Shown: positions 1 to 11,768 of the stretch, one piece after another
Layout: each line of letters begins with the position of its first letter
How positions within the stretch are numbered: the stretch's first letter is position 1
NCBI GenBank assembly: GCA_002269645.1
Contig: NIVC01000027.1
Span: 682,001 to 746,000, forward strand
DNA length: 64,000 nt
Reading direction: 5' to 3'
Origin: Macrostomum lignano
Taxonomy: Eukaryota
Made by a program: the position numbers and the translations under genes
The notes under the pieces: model-generated
The model's input: the letters and a program-made list of their open reading frames with translations, nothing else
The model's database searches: none
Told to the model about the DNA's origin: nothing

Positions 1-1561
1 TCTAGACAGAAAGCACATCAGTTCAAACTTCAAATAGAATAAAAATAGGGAAACTGCCAGCAGAATCCAGGATTCCAACCTATAGTGTACAAAGTCTAGA
101 CAGAAAGCACATCAGTTCAAACTTCAAATAGAATAAAAATAGGGAAACTGCCAGCAGAATCCAGGATTCCAACCTATAGTGTACAAAGTCTAGACAGAAA
201 GCACATCAGTTCAAACTTCAAATAGAATAAAAATAGGGAAACTGCCAGCAGAATCCAGGATTCCAACCTATAGTGTACAAAGTCTAGACAGAAAGCACAT
301 CAGTTCAAACTTCAAATAGAATAAAAATAGGGAAACTGCCAGCAGAATCCAGGATTCCAACCTATAGTGTACAAAGTCTAGACAGAAAGCACATCAGTTC
401 AAACTTCAAATAGAATAAAAATAGGGAAACTGCCAGCAGAATCCAGGATTCCAACCTATAGTGTACAAAGTCTAGACAGAAAGCACATCAGTTCAAACTT
501 CAAATAGAATAAAAATAGGGAAACTGCCAGCAGAATCCAGGATTCCAACCTATAGTGTACAAAGTCTAGACAGAAAGCACATCAGTTCAAACTTCAAATA
601 GAATAAAAATAGGGAAACTGCCAGCAGAATCCAGGATTCCAACCTATAGTGTACAAAGTCTAGACAGAAAGCACATCAGTTCAAACTTCAAATAGAATAA
701 AAATAGGGAAACTGCCAGCAGAATCCAGGATTCCAACCTATAGTGTACAAAGTCTAGACAGAAAGCACATCAGTTCAAACTTCAAATAGAATAAAAATAG
801 GGAAACTGCCAGCAGAATCCAGGATTCCAACCTATAGTGTACAAAGTCTAGACAGAAAGCACATCAGTTCAAACTTCAAATAGAATAAAAATAGGGAAAC
901 TGCCAGCAGAATCCAGGATTCCAACCTATAGTGTACAAAGTCTAGACAGAAAGCACATCAGTTCAAACTTCAAATAGAATAAAAATAGGGAAACTGCCAG
1001 CAGAATCCAGGATTCCAACCTATAGTGTACAAAGTCTAGACAGAAAGCACATCAGTTCAAACTTCAAATAGAATAAAAATAGGGAAACTGCCAGCAGAAT
1101 CCAGGATTCCAACCTATAGTGTACAAAGTCTAGACAGAAAGCACATCAGTTCAAACTTCAAATAGAATAAAAATAGGGAAACTGCCAGCAGAATCCAGGA
1201 TTCCAACCTATAGTGTACAAAGTCTAGACAGAAAGCACATCAGTTCAAACTTCAAATAGAATAAAAATAGGGAAACTGCCAGCAGAATCCAGGATTCCAA
1301 CCTATAGTGTACAAAGTCTAGACAGAAAGCACATCAGTTCAAACTTCAAATAGAATAAAAATAGGGAAACTGCCAGCAGAATCCAGGATTCCAACCTATA
1401 GTGTACAAAGTCTAGACAGAAAGCACATCAGTTCAAACTTCAAATAGAATAAAAATAGGGAAACTGCCAGCAGAATCCAGGATTCCAACCTATAGTGTAC
1501 AAAGTCTAGACAGAAAGCACATCAGTTCAAACTTCAAATAGAATAAAAATAGGGAAACTGC
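1..1561. repeat. 94-bp tandem satellite, about 16.6 copies (continues off the left edge)
   Basis: Unit TCTAGACAGAAAGCAC...GTGTACAAAG restarts at 1, 95, 189 ... 1505; no differences between copies seen. Confidence 0.97.
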
Positions 1562-1989
1562 TGGCAAAAGAAAGTGGGATGGTAGAGAGAAGAGCCTGGC
1601 CAACAACAGGGGTACAAATGTACATTGATAAGGGCTGACTATATAGTGGAATTGGACTTTCTAAGAATGCATCAAATTATAATAAACTTGATTTTTAATT
1701 CTATTTCCTCAGTATCAAATATTCTGGCCTGTCAGTGGTGCAACTAGAAATTTGTTGAGGGGCAGATTTTGCAGGGTAGACACCAAGGGGGGGGGCAGAG
1801 AGGGCAACTCTGTACATTATAGCAAAACTTGGTCCCCCCCCCCTTTGATTTCCTTCAGGTCTCTGCCTAAGAGGGGGGGGGGGCAACCACCCCCTGCCCC
1901 TGGGGTTTGCCCCTGTGGCCTGTGATTTTGGACTAAAAACCTCATCTGGCCCTGAAGTGGAAAAAGGTTGCCAACCCCTGTTGTAGATG

Positions 1990-2310
1990 TTTATGACTTG
2001 GGAGAACAATAAATAGATATCTCTAGACTATGCCCCAAAATTCTATAGACACTACGTTGATGATACCTTTGCTCTTTTGGATGACAAATGAAGATCAAAT
2101 TGCTAACTTCAAAGTTTTCAATACTAATTACTTCAATATCAAATTCACTTTTAAGGATTCTATTAATCAGAAGATTGCCTTTTTTGATCTCAACATTGAC
2201 TTTAACAGTAAACTTCTTCTAAAAAAGAAACCTTTACAAACCTTATCTTCAACTTTCAAGCCTTGTGCCCAAGAGAATGGAAATCTAGCCTAGTTATTTA
2301 ATTACAATAT
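1990..2310 (+). mobile_element. Degenerate Penelope-like element reverse transcriptase fragment
   Basis: Frames give FMTWENNK*..APKFYRHYVDDTFALL (YVDD at 2053-2064), then NIKFT..INQKIAFFDLNI and FNFQALCPREWKSSLV. These match the PLE RT palm/thumb pattern (YRRYVDD..HPNIKFT..FLD..P..WK.L); broken by stops and frameshifts. Confidence 0.7.
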
Positions 2311-4479
2311 CAAAGTTGTCTTCTGCTGTATTTTATACTACTAAGGTTAGCCACTGTATGCTAACTTAAAACTCTATAAAAATTAAAATTTAACATTAAA
2401 AATTAATTTAAAAAAACTATTGCACTAGCTGAAACATGGATAATTGTCTTAGCCAAGTGAATTGGGTTGCATTAGCTATACTTGCTATGTAGTGGATGCT
2501 TGCTATTGTATTTGGGCCACACTCAGGAAGGTGTACATTATGGCGGAAAATTCCGGTGCACATCAATGAAAAAATGATTGAATCAATAAAATTCAAAATG
2601 GGATTTTACCATAAAGTTAAAGCTATTTCTTTTGAAAATTTTCTACATGAGCTAAAAAAAGCAAAAGTTTTGAGTTCAAAAGCCTACATAAAGTACGAAA
2701 ATTTATCCATTTTTTAGTTTTGTTTTAATTGGACTTTTACTGAGTTTTTAGTGCTACAATGCATTAGTTAGCTATGTATTTGTCAATAAACGAATGTACA
2801 CCTTGGCACACAAATTCATTTTTAGCTTTGCGCACAGCGCATCACACACTCTAAAAATACGCTGAAATATGTTCCCGCGCACGCACACGTGACACTTTCC
2901 TGAGTGTGGTATTTGGGGGAGAGAAGGGGTATTTGCTATTATATTTAAGGGGGTGCTTACTATTGGGGAAATGCTTGCTATCTAGGGTTACTTGCTATCT
3001 AAGGGTGCTTGCTATTGTATTTGTAGGGAAAGTGCTTGGTATTATAGTAGATATGCTTTTAAATGGATTTGCATAAAAAAATTATTCCTTGCTTCTTGAG
3101 TGCCTAAAGGGGACACTAGATTACTAGTTATTGCTAAAATTTAGTTTTAATATTGTGATATAAAATAATATATCTCTAAAATAGTATAAATAGAATGCCA
3201 ATCTAAGAGGAACAGACAATTTGTGATTATTCTAGCATTCAACCTAGTGTTCTAGCTTGAATCTTCCAAGTTTAAAAAGTTAGTAAAAATTTGTTTTTCA
3301 ATTCTTAGAAAGCATTAACCATTTCTAGTCTATGAGAGACCCCCAAATTAGGAGAATTGAAACCCTAAAAGCAAAAGTTGCTTTTGAGTAGTAAAATGCT
3401 ATAGAGCAGTAAAATCACCTTAGAACAACTATATAGTTTAGAAGGCAACATGTATGCTAAGATTTCCTGGCATATAACAAGGGTACTTACCATTTTTCAA
3501 TATAACATTAGCATAGCTTATATCATGGTATACATAACATAGCAAAAACATTATATCAAGTCAATGACATATTTTTTTAGTTCTGGCATATAAACAAGGT
3601 ATTATAATTTTTTCTAGCATTAGACTTGCCATAGATAAATACACAATCCAAACTATGGTAGAGCAATAGAACACTTAGAAACTATGATCCTTTCATATTA
3701 GGAATGCATAGGACTAAGAGAATTTACCTTTAAAGAATAATTACAAAAATAGGAATAGGGTTTAATGCCATAAGATTACTTAGGCCAATAAATAGTATAG
3801 ATACTATCAGTAGATAGGCTATTAGTACATAGTACAAATGCTACTTAATAGATACTATATGCACAATTATTTAGTCATACAAAAAGTATAAGTAGGCCTA
3901 ATAAGAGAAGTAGTAGCACTATAGCAACTTAGTGTCAGTATTAATAACTTAGCAGTAGAATTATATTAAGACAAAAGCCACCCTTAAGACAGCAGCTTTA
4001 AAAAGAGAAGTCAACCCCTGTTACAGCTTGGGTGATTTAACAGTGGACTATAATAGGCCTAAGTCAAGTGAAACCTTAGAACAGCTTGCTTGGTGGCATT
4101 AATCATTAAAGAATAGAAGAATAGCCTTAGTAAAAAAGTGTAGAAAAAACTTGTGAAATTAAATATTAACTATTTTAAGCTCGATACGTTACGTAGGCCT
4201 ATCTATTTATAATTTACAAGCTGTTGAAACCCGCGGATTTTGAACCCGGGGAATTCCAATACCCGGAACTACTTTTGCATGTATTCTGAAATCTAAGGCC
4301 ATACACAAACAAAAACTTGTTAATAGTTAGTAGGATAGAGGTAGACATAAAATGGAGCACATTCGTGTAAAATTAGGGTTTGAGACATTGTTGGCTGGGG
4401 TACTGCGCAGAATGTCAGGCAATGTCTGTCTGACTCTAAAACATATATTGCTAAACTCTGGTCTCTCCCTGACTCTCCC

Positions 4480-4900
4480 TACGTCCCTTGGATCCTTTAA
4501 AATTTCTATCGTCTCTTTGTTTCCTCTCATCTTTCTCGTCCCTCGTCTCTCCTCTCTGAGGCTCTCTCCTCTCTCCTCTCTCCCCTCTTCTCTCGTATCT
4601 TCCCTCATCTCTCTTCTCTTTCATCTCTCTTATCTCATCTCTTGTCTCTTCTTTTCTCTCTCCTCTCCTCTCTCCTCTCCTCTCTCCCCTCTCCTCTCTC
4701 CTCTCACCCCCTCTTCTCTCTTATCTTCCTTCTCCTTTCTATTCTTTTCTCTCTTCTCTTAACTCTCTCCTCTACTCTCTCATCTCTCCCCTCTTCTCTC
4801 GTCTCTTCCCACACCTCTTTTCTCTCTCGTCTTTGCTCTCTCATCTTTCCTTTCTCTTCTTTTATCTTTTCTCTCTTATCTCTTCTCATTTCTCTCTGCT

Positions 4901-4984
<84 letters not shown>

Positions 4985-5750
4985 GTTATCTCTCCTCCTC
5001 TCTCTACTCTCTCCCCTCTCCATTCTCCTATTTCCTCTCCTCTCTCCTCACTCACTTCTCTACTTTTGTCTCTCCTCTCTCCTCTCTCCTCTCGTCTCTG
5101 TAACCTCTCCTCTGTTCTCTCTACTCTCCCATCTTTTATCTGTTCACTCTCGTCTCTGCTCTCTCATCCCCCTCTTTAATCTGGCATCTCTGTCTTATAT
5201 GTTCTCTCACCTCTCTCCTCTGTACTCTTTTTCTTTCCCCTCTTTTGACTCCTCACTTTCCTTTCTCCTTTCTTCTTTTCTCTTCTCTTCCCTTTTCTAT
5301 ACTCTGTCTCCCTCTCTTCTCTCACTCCACTCTCCTCTATCCGTTATCTCTCATCTCTCATCTCTCCTTCCACCTCTCATCTCTACAACCTTAGAGATGT
5401 AGAGATGTATCTTTATCTCTTCTCTCTTCCCTGTACTCTCTCATCTCTTCTTTCACCTGTTTCCTCTCTGCTCTCCTCTCTGCTGTCTCCTCTCTCCTCT
5501 CATCTGCAGCTCTCTGCTCTCTCATCTCTACTCTCTACTCTCGCTTTTCCTCTCTCCCCTCTTCTCTCCCTCTCTCTCATCGTCATCACCCCCTCATCTC
5601 TCCTATTATCTTTTATCTTTTCTTTTATCCCCTCTTTCGCTTCTCTTCTCTTCGAATCGTCTATTCCTTCTTCTTTCCACTCTCATCTGCCCCTCAGCCA
5701 TGAGCTGGATTCTTTATCTGGCCTTTGAGGTAAAAGTCTGCCCATCCCTG
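4480..5750 (-). mobile_element. hAT-type MITE copy with greatly expanded CT-rich core (4510-5690)
   Basis: End ...TATCTGGCCTTTGAGGTAAAAGTCTGCCCATCCCTG (5716-5750) matches the reverse complement of the 16997 MITE left end; interior is pyrimidine low-complexity. Confidence 0.5.
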
Positions 5751-6779
5751 CTTGGAAAGCCAGTTTGTGAGACGTAGTACTCTCATGGTTGTTATCATGC
5801 TTTGATCACGTCAGTCATTTTTCTTGCAAATTTGCAGCCCTGAAAGGAATTTGGGTATCTTCAGCTCCACTGCAGTCTGCATCAGTCTAACAACCAAGGA
5901 AATACGCATTTCTTAGAAGGCCATTTAAAATTTACACGGTACCTTTAAACGAAACCTAAAATTTCCATGGTGTGCCTAATTTAGTAGGATTGTATGTATT
6001 TCATTGCATCGCATCGCCTTTTCATAAATCTTTCGCTTTTACAAACCATGCTGGTTAGTGGATTCCCTCGATTTGCCAATTGCCAATTGCCATCCACTGT
6101 TAAACTGCTGCAGAGTTTGCCAATACAGAGGGAGGGCAGTGGTTAGAATTTCTCACTAAACTGTCATGGCTAAACGTAGCCTCTCCACTCTGGGGGTGCA
6201 GAGAAGGCTATTAAAAAGTTATTCCAAAACACTGTACATTCGCTATGTACATTCAGTCCTATTGCCTGACCCTTCGTCTGGCTCTGGGGGAATGAGTGAG
6301 TGAGTGGCACAAACAACAGAAAAAGCAGACAAACTTCACATGCTTACAGTTTCTTTTTCTGTTGAGTTACAGAGTTGAAACTTTACATTTAGATAGAGAA
6401 TGAGTCAATGAAGAATTGTGTCAAGTTTGAAGTCAATCGCTTTACGTGGAGAAAACTTATGGCAGCTGAAAGTTAGTCAATTTTGAAACCCTTTTACACA
6501 TCTGGGCCCAGATCGGGAAAGAGAGGCAGGCGGGCGGAGGTTGGGGTGGTTGCTACGCTGAAAAAAACAGCCTAACTTTAAAAGTGCACAGCGGCTTTCA
6601 GGATTAACTTTGAGGTTTAAAATTTTACACGATTGTGTCAAAATAGTTGAAAATTGCCTGTGTCAAATTTGAAGAGAATCGGTAGAAGTGGAGCGGCGCT
6701 ATGGAGGATTTAGTGAAAAAATCGCGCATTTTGAGCAGTTTTTTGTACTTTTAGGTAGGAAGACTTGAGTCTAGGAAAT

Positions 6780-6942
6780 TAAAAGGTAGCCTAAGACATT
6801 CTCCGTAGTGAGTTTAGGGTGGGTGTAAAGTTTGGTGTAATTTGGTTGAGTGGTTTGGGAGTCCATAGCGATCAAAATTGTCCACACACAGACAGACAGA
6901 CAGACAGACAGACAGAGTTTTGATTTTTATAGTTAGAGATAA
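6780..6942 (-). mobile_element. Possible non-autonomous Helitron-like 5' end with (CTGT)n microsatellite
   Basis: Minus strand starts ATCTCTAACTATAAAAATCAAAACTCTGTCTGTCTG, resembling Lep1/HINE-type rolling-circle element ends; no 3' hairpin confirmed. Confidence 0.3.
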
Positions 6943-9011
6943 TTTATAATTATATTTCTCCCACAATTTCGTAATTAATGATTTATTTAAGTCTACCATT
7001 TCCAACGTCCTGGACACCTTTCTGACAGTGGTGTATGTGTAGTGTTCAAGTAGTTAGTTAGGCCTAATTAAAAGTGAAATAATATAACGAAGATATAACA
7101 TTACATTTCATAATTAAGAGCCATTTAAGTCTAAGACTAAGATTAACAATAAGTCAAGAAGAATTTTTTAAAAGTAGAAAGAAACAAGATCTAGTCTAGA
7201 TATTCATATACAGAGTTTAACACCATAAACTTTCTAATTTTTATAAAACCTACAAACAGAAAGCAGATTCCAATTCAGAGCCTGAAATACACTAGGGGCG
7301 TTCGGACTATACCATTTTTTTTAAACTTTCAGTGGACTCGATCCATTTACTACTAGTGTGACAGTGTGATTCGTAGAAGCGTGTATCGTAATACTTTATT
7401 TTCATATGCAAACCGTACTACTACTGTATTCTTTCATTTATTTTAACAATATTCGTACGTATTATTATCGCGCTATTTTTACTGTTAATTGCTTTGTTTT
7501 TGTAGCCTCGTATGTATGTATTCTATTATTTGTATTTCATTCATATCGTTATTATTTCTCGTAAAGTAGTTCTACCTATGTACATGTACTGACGTATGTT
7601 ATTGTTGCTTGATATATTTATCGATTAATTTGTACATGTACATTGCGCGCCGCGTTGGGGGTTGTTTGTCTGGGTTTTGGATTAAGGGTGTTGTTGTTTT
7701 CTGTTTACCTTTAAATATATGCTTACACTGCAGTCAGCAGCCGCTCTCGCCCTTCCCCTTGCTTCGCTTCTAGACCTAGGCTCGCTAACCCTTAGCTGTG
7801 ACGCTGTCTGGCCTCCTTACACCAACTCTTCCGCCGTCTACCTTGGCACACCAATTAGTTAGTTAACTGATCCAGCAATTTTAAGTAGCACTAGCAAAAG
7901 TCTAAGGGTTGAAGCGGCTTGCCGATCTGCTAACTAATCGTGAACTATCTAAATTAACCGCTACACAAATCCGTCTTATTCGCCTTATTCGTCACACTAG
8001 GGAGCTCTGCAGATTGCGGATTTAAAATTAAAACAGTAAGAAGGTGAGTAAAACAAAGTGTCTTATTAGTATTAACAGTTGTAATATATTTGTTTACATT
8101 TTTAGAAAATAGTGCGAGAATTATTTATTAAAAAATTCGATGGTAAGATAGAAAAACTGGATGTTGAACATAAGGTAAACGCTGTGCATTTTTGCTTTCG
8201 ATAGCGGTTATCATTTTTGTATTTTGTCAAATGGAATTCCAATATTATACAGCCTTTTTCAGCTAACGAATTTCAGATATACACAATATGTTGACGAATG
8301 CTCTTTTTATTACTTGTTATGGGCTTACACTTACTAGCTAAAATTGTTAGCACTAAATAGGATCGAAACATTTATTTACTCTTTACAAGACTCAACTGAG
8401 TTACAACATACATAGGCACAACCATCATTTCCTTCAAACTCCAGGGACTCATACTTTACACACAAGTTACAGTTAAGCGCTTTAACTATAAATAGTGATA
8501 ATATATTAACAAACATCCATTGTAAGTCTAAAAACTAACATAAAATGGCGAGAACCGTCATAAAATCCAAGAAGCAAAAATAATTTTAGAAATCAACTCC
8601 TCCATTCCAAAACTTAAAATTGAGATGTTTTGCTTGAAGAAAATTGGTTTATTCTACACAAAAGCTGTTTGTTTCTTCGTCTAAAAAATACCGAACAGTA
8701 CTAGTCATATTTTTTAAACCTATTGGATGCAACTTAAAGTTTGTAAGATTGATGAATAATAATTAACAATATAAAATGCCTTCAGACAGAGTGCTAGAGT
8801 AGTACTAAAGTAGTCTGGAAGTGCAGCTACCAACATCATATCTGACTCGATTGATTGATTTTTCATTAATTTTTCCATGTCCGTACTACTTAATAAATAA
8901 GTTTAAGTGATTTATGTAGGACCTTCACAGATACTGGTTTTAATTTATTTTTAAATGTTTAAAAAAGCCTGCATACCAATAACAATTTTCGTTTGATATA
9001 TTTTGCAGAGC

Positions 9012-10197
9012 ATGGAAGCAGAAAGTCGGATAAGAAGTCTGGAAAGCAGCATTTTGTACCTGCAGGAACAACACGCAGAAACTCTGCGCGGTTTGCACCA
9101 AGAGATGTCTCGATTGCAAACCAAGTGCTCAGGTATGTGCCAAAATGACTGTCTTGCTTGCGGCGCCAAAATATAAATGCCTGTCTGCGGCGCCAAAATG
9201 ACTGCCTGCAGCGCCAAAGTGAGTGACTGCGGCGCTAAAATGAGTGCCTGCGGTGCCAAAATGAGTGCCTGCGGTGCTAAAATGAGTGCTTACAACACTG
9301 ATTCCCGAAATGATCTTGGCATTTTGTCATGCAGAGTTCTTGGCTTTATCCCTCCACCATAAAATCCACAACATAAAATCCTCAGAGCTCAACTTTCGCC
9401 TGTCGATGTCTTCAAGCGCATCAGCTGTCGACGACCCAGCGACGACAGCAGCGACGGCAGGCGTCGCCCGGCCGGCGAAGCTGGCGCTGCTGGACCGCGA
9501 GCGCGGCAACCGCGTCGACGAGCTCCGCCGAGCCCTGGCCAGCCGTGAAAAGGAGGTCGCCGACCTGCGCGCCAAGGTGGACGCCCTGACAGCCAAATAC
9601 GACGCCTCCGAGCGACGCAACGTCGCCTACGAAGCCGAACTGGACCAGCTGCGCGCCTTCCACGCCGCGGCCACCGCAGCCGCTGCCGCCGCCGTCTCCG
9701 CCTCCTCCTTGTCGTCCCCGTCGCCTCCGCCGCCTCCGTCAACAGCGGATGCTGGCGGATCGTCTTCGCTGAACAGCAGCGCCGGGCCAGTCTTCATCCG
9801 CAGACTCCCCCTGCCAGCAAAGACCGGCGGCTCTCAGCAGCCTCCGCAGCAGCAGCAGCAGCATCAGCAGCCAGCCAACCTCATCCTGCAGGCCTCGGCC
9901 ATGATCCCAACCGCCGCGCCTCCGCATCTTCGCGCTCTGAGCGGCGGCGCCAGCACCGGCTTCAAAGGCTCTGGCGTGGTGCTGCCGCCGATCACTCGAC
10001 GGCACCGGCTGCCTCAGCTCCAGCAGCAGCAGCAGCAGCCTCCGCCACAGCCAACCAGCTCCATCAGGGTGTCCGATCGCAAGGAGACGGAAGTGATCGA
10101 GCGCATCGATTTGATGGGCGGCGGCGCTGCAGGCGCCGGTGGCCAGGGCACCACCGAGGGAAACGGCGCCACAAAGGAGCAGCCAAGCAGCAACTGA
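9012..10197 (+). CDS. CCDC92/CCDC74-family coiled-coil protein, join(9012..9132,9386..10197), 310 aa
   Basis: Exon 1 MEAESRIRSLESSILYLQEQHAETLRGLHQEMSRLQTKCS splices (GT 9133, AG 9384-9385, phase 1) into ELNFRL, matching the CCDC92/74 N-terminal motif (LQ.EHA.TL.GLH.EI.RLQ..C.DL). A second coiled coil, Ala/Pro/Gln-rich tracts and a VVLPPI motif follow. Probable upstream non-coding exon ends at donor AAG|GTGAGT 8043/8044. Confidence 0.8.
9160..9290. repeat. 21-bp minisatellite (GCCTGCGGCGCCAAAATGAGT), about 6 units, in intron 1 of the CCDC92-like gene
   Basis: Direct repeats; same family as 56900-57955. Confidence 0.85.
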
Positions 10198-10329
10198 AAT
10201 TGAATAACTAAATAATCGTGTTGATTTGTCCAACTAAACCTGAGTAATGTCTTTTCAATTTATTGATCATTACGAGCTATCCCCGCTCTTGACTTGCGCC
10301 ATAACTTTTACTAACAAGGACTACTAAAG

Positions 10330-10508
10330 TAGAAGGACGTAACACTCGAAATCTATGGAAAATGTTTTGAAGGCCACTTTTCGCCCAAAAAATACACTAC
10401 GGAGGTAGGAAGTTTTTATTTTTCAGCACAAAAAGTGGCTTTCAAAACATTTTCCTTAGATTTCGAGTGTCGCGTTCTGTAAATACGTTGCTTTTGTGGT
10501 CCTTAATT
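10330..10508. mobile_element. Palindromic non-autonomous DNA element (Kolobok-like?)
   Basis: Arms ACACTCGAAATCTATGGAAAATGTTTTGAAGGCCACTTTT / AAAAGTGGCTTTCAAAACATTTTCCTTAGATTTCGAGTGT; ends ...GTCCTTAA. A related end TTAAGGACGCGTCACTCGAAATCTATGG lies at about 44415. Confidence 0.5.
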
Positions 10509-11135
10509 AGTAATAGATTGATCGAAAATCAGCTGATTCTGTTTTGTTTTAATTTTCATTAATTAAGCCTGCTGCATTTGAGAGACAGTCGCTAGGGAAC
10601 CAAACCATGGGTGTAACTTTTTAGGTTTTGCCATCAAGAAGTTTGCTTTAAGTTTTTCTTGAGAAGCTTCCAGAAAGTTTTACTGCACTTGAGCCGTTCT
10701 ATTATAAGTTAATTTCTGTTAAATTTTAACTACTGTTAGTAGGATGTTTTAGTTATTCATTTTCTGTTAGAAATGTTGCCTTAATTTTTGTTACTTTTGC
10801 TGCTAATTTCTTTCTATTTAAGTTCTGCTGTTAAATGAACCAAAATGTGTCTTTTAGTTAACGCAACAACCTTAACAGCACGGCAGAGTTGTAAATAAAG
10901 TATGCGATTCTGGACCTTTCTCTGTAAAAATAACCGTTCCCTGCAGGTTGGACGTGCTACTTTGAGTAGTGCGGCACGAATAAAACTGGATTGTTTTGAT
11001 AAAGCCTTCTATTACGCTGCTTAAAGTACATGTATTTTTGAAACTTCGCGTGCTGCCTTTACTGTCTGCTGCATTTTTCGGTCCAGAGATCATTGAAAAT
11101 AGTTTTTCGTTTTATATACAGAGTACATGCACAGT

Positions 11136-11357
<222 letters not shown>

Positions 11358-11768
11358 CATGTCGAACATGTCGTACTAAAATTTCGCCCTCGAGTTGGGA
11401 ACTCGTCACGGTTGGTGTTTTGAGTATAGCCATTAGATTTTTTGACTGACTTCATCAATAAAATGGATCTGCCACACTTGTCTCGCCTTTCTGCAATAAC
11501 ATTCGGGCACTAATTGCCGACTTTCGTTAAGGGATGAAAAAACATAATTGAATACTTAAGAAGTGAGTCCAATGGAATGACGCCTGCTGGATATCGAGAC
11601 GCCGGGTAGTTCTTGACAAAGATTTGACAGGCAAGATAAAAGTCACTTGAAACAGGTTATACAGCTTATTAGTGGCAGGAAACTTCGTGACAACTCAGCG
11701 TTTTGCAATTGAAAAGGCAGTTGCTTGATAAAATCATAGATCGCACTGTGCCGTGGGCACTGACCAAA

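Noticed and set aside
4327-5728. Ser/Leu-rich and Arg/Glu-rich ORFs (also 16972-17596, 40419-40838, 61458-62243)
   Set aside because: Translations of CT/GA low-complexity DNA; no splice or domain support.
9327-10233. Antisense ORFs over the CCDC92-like exon 2
   Set aside because: Shadow frames of a GC-rich coding exon.
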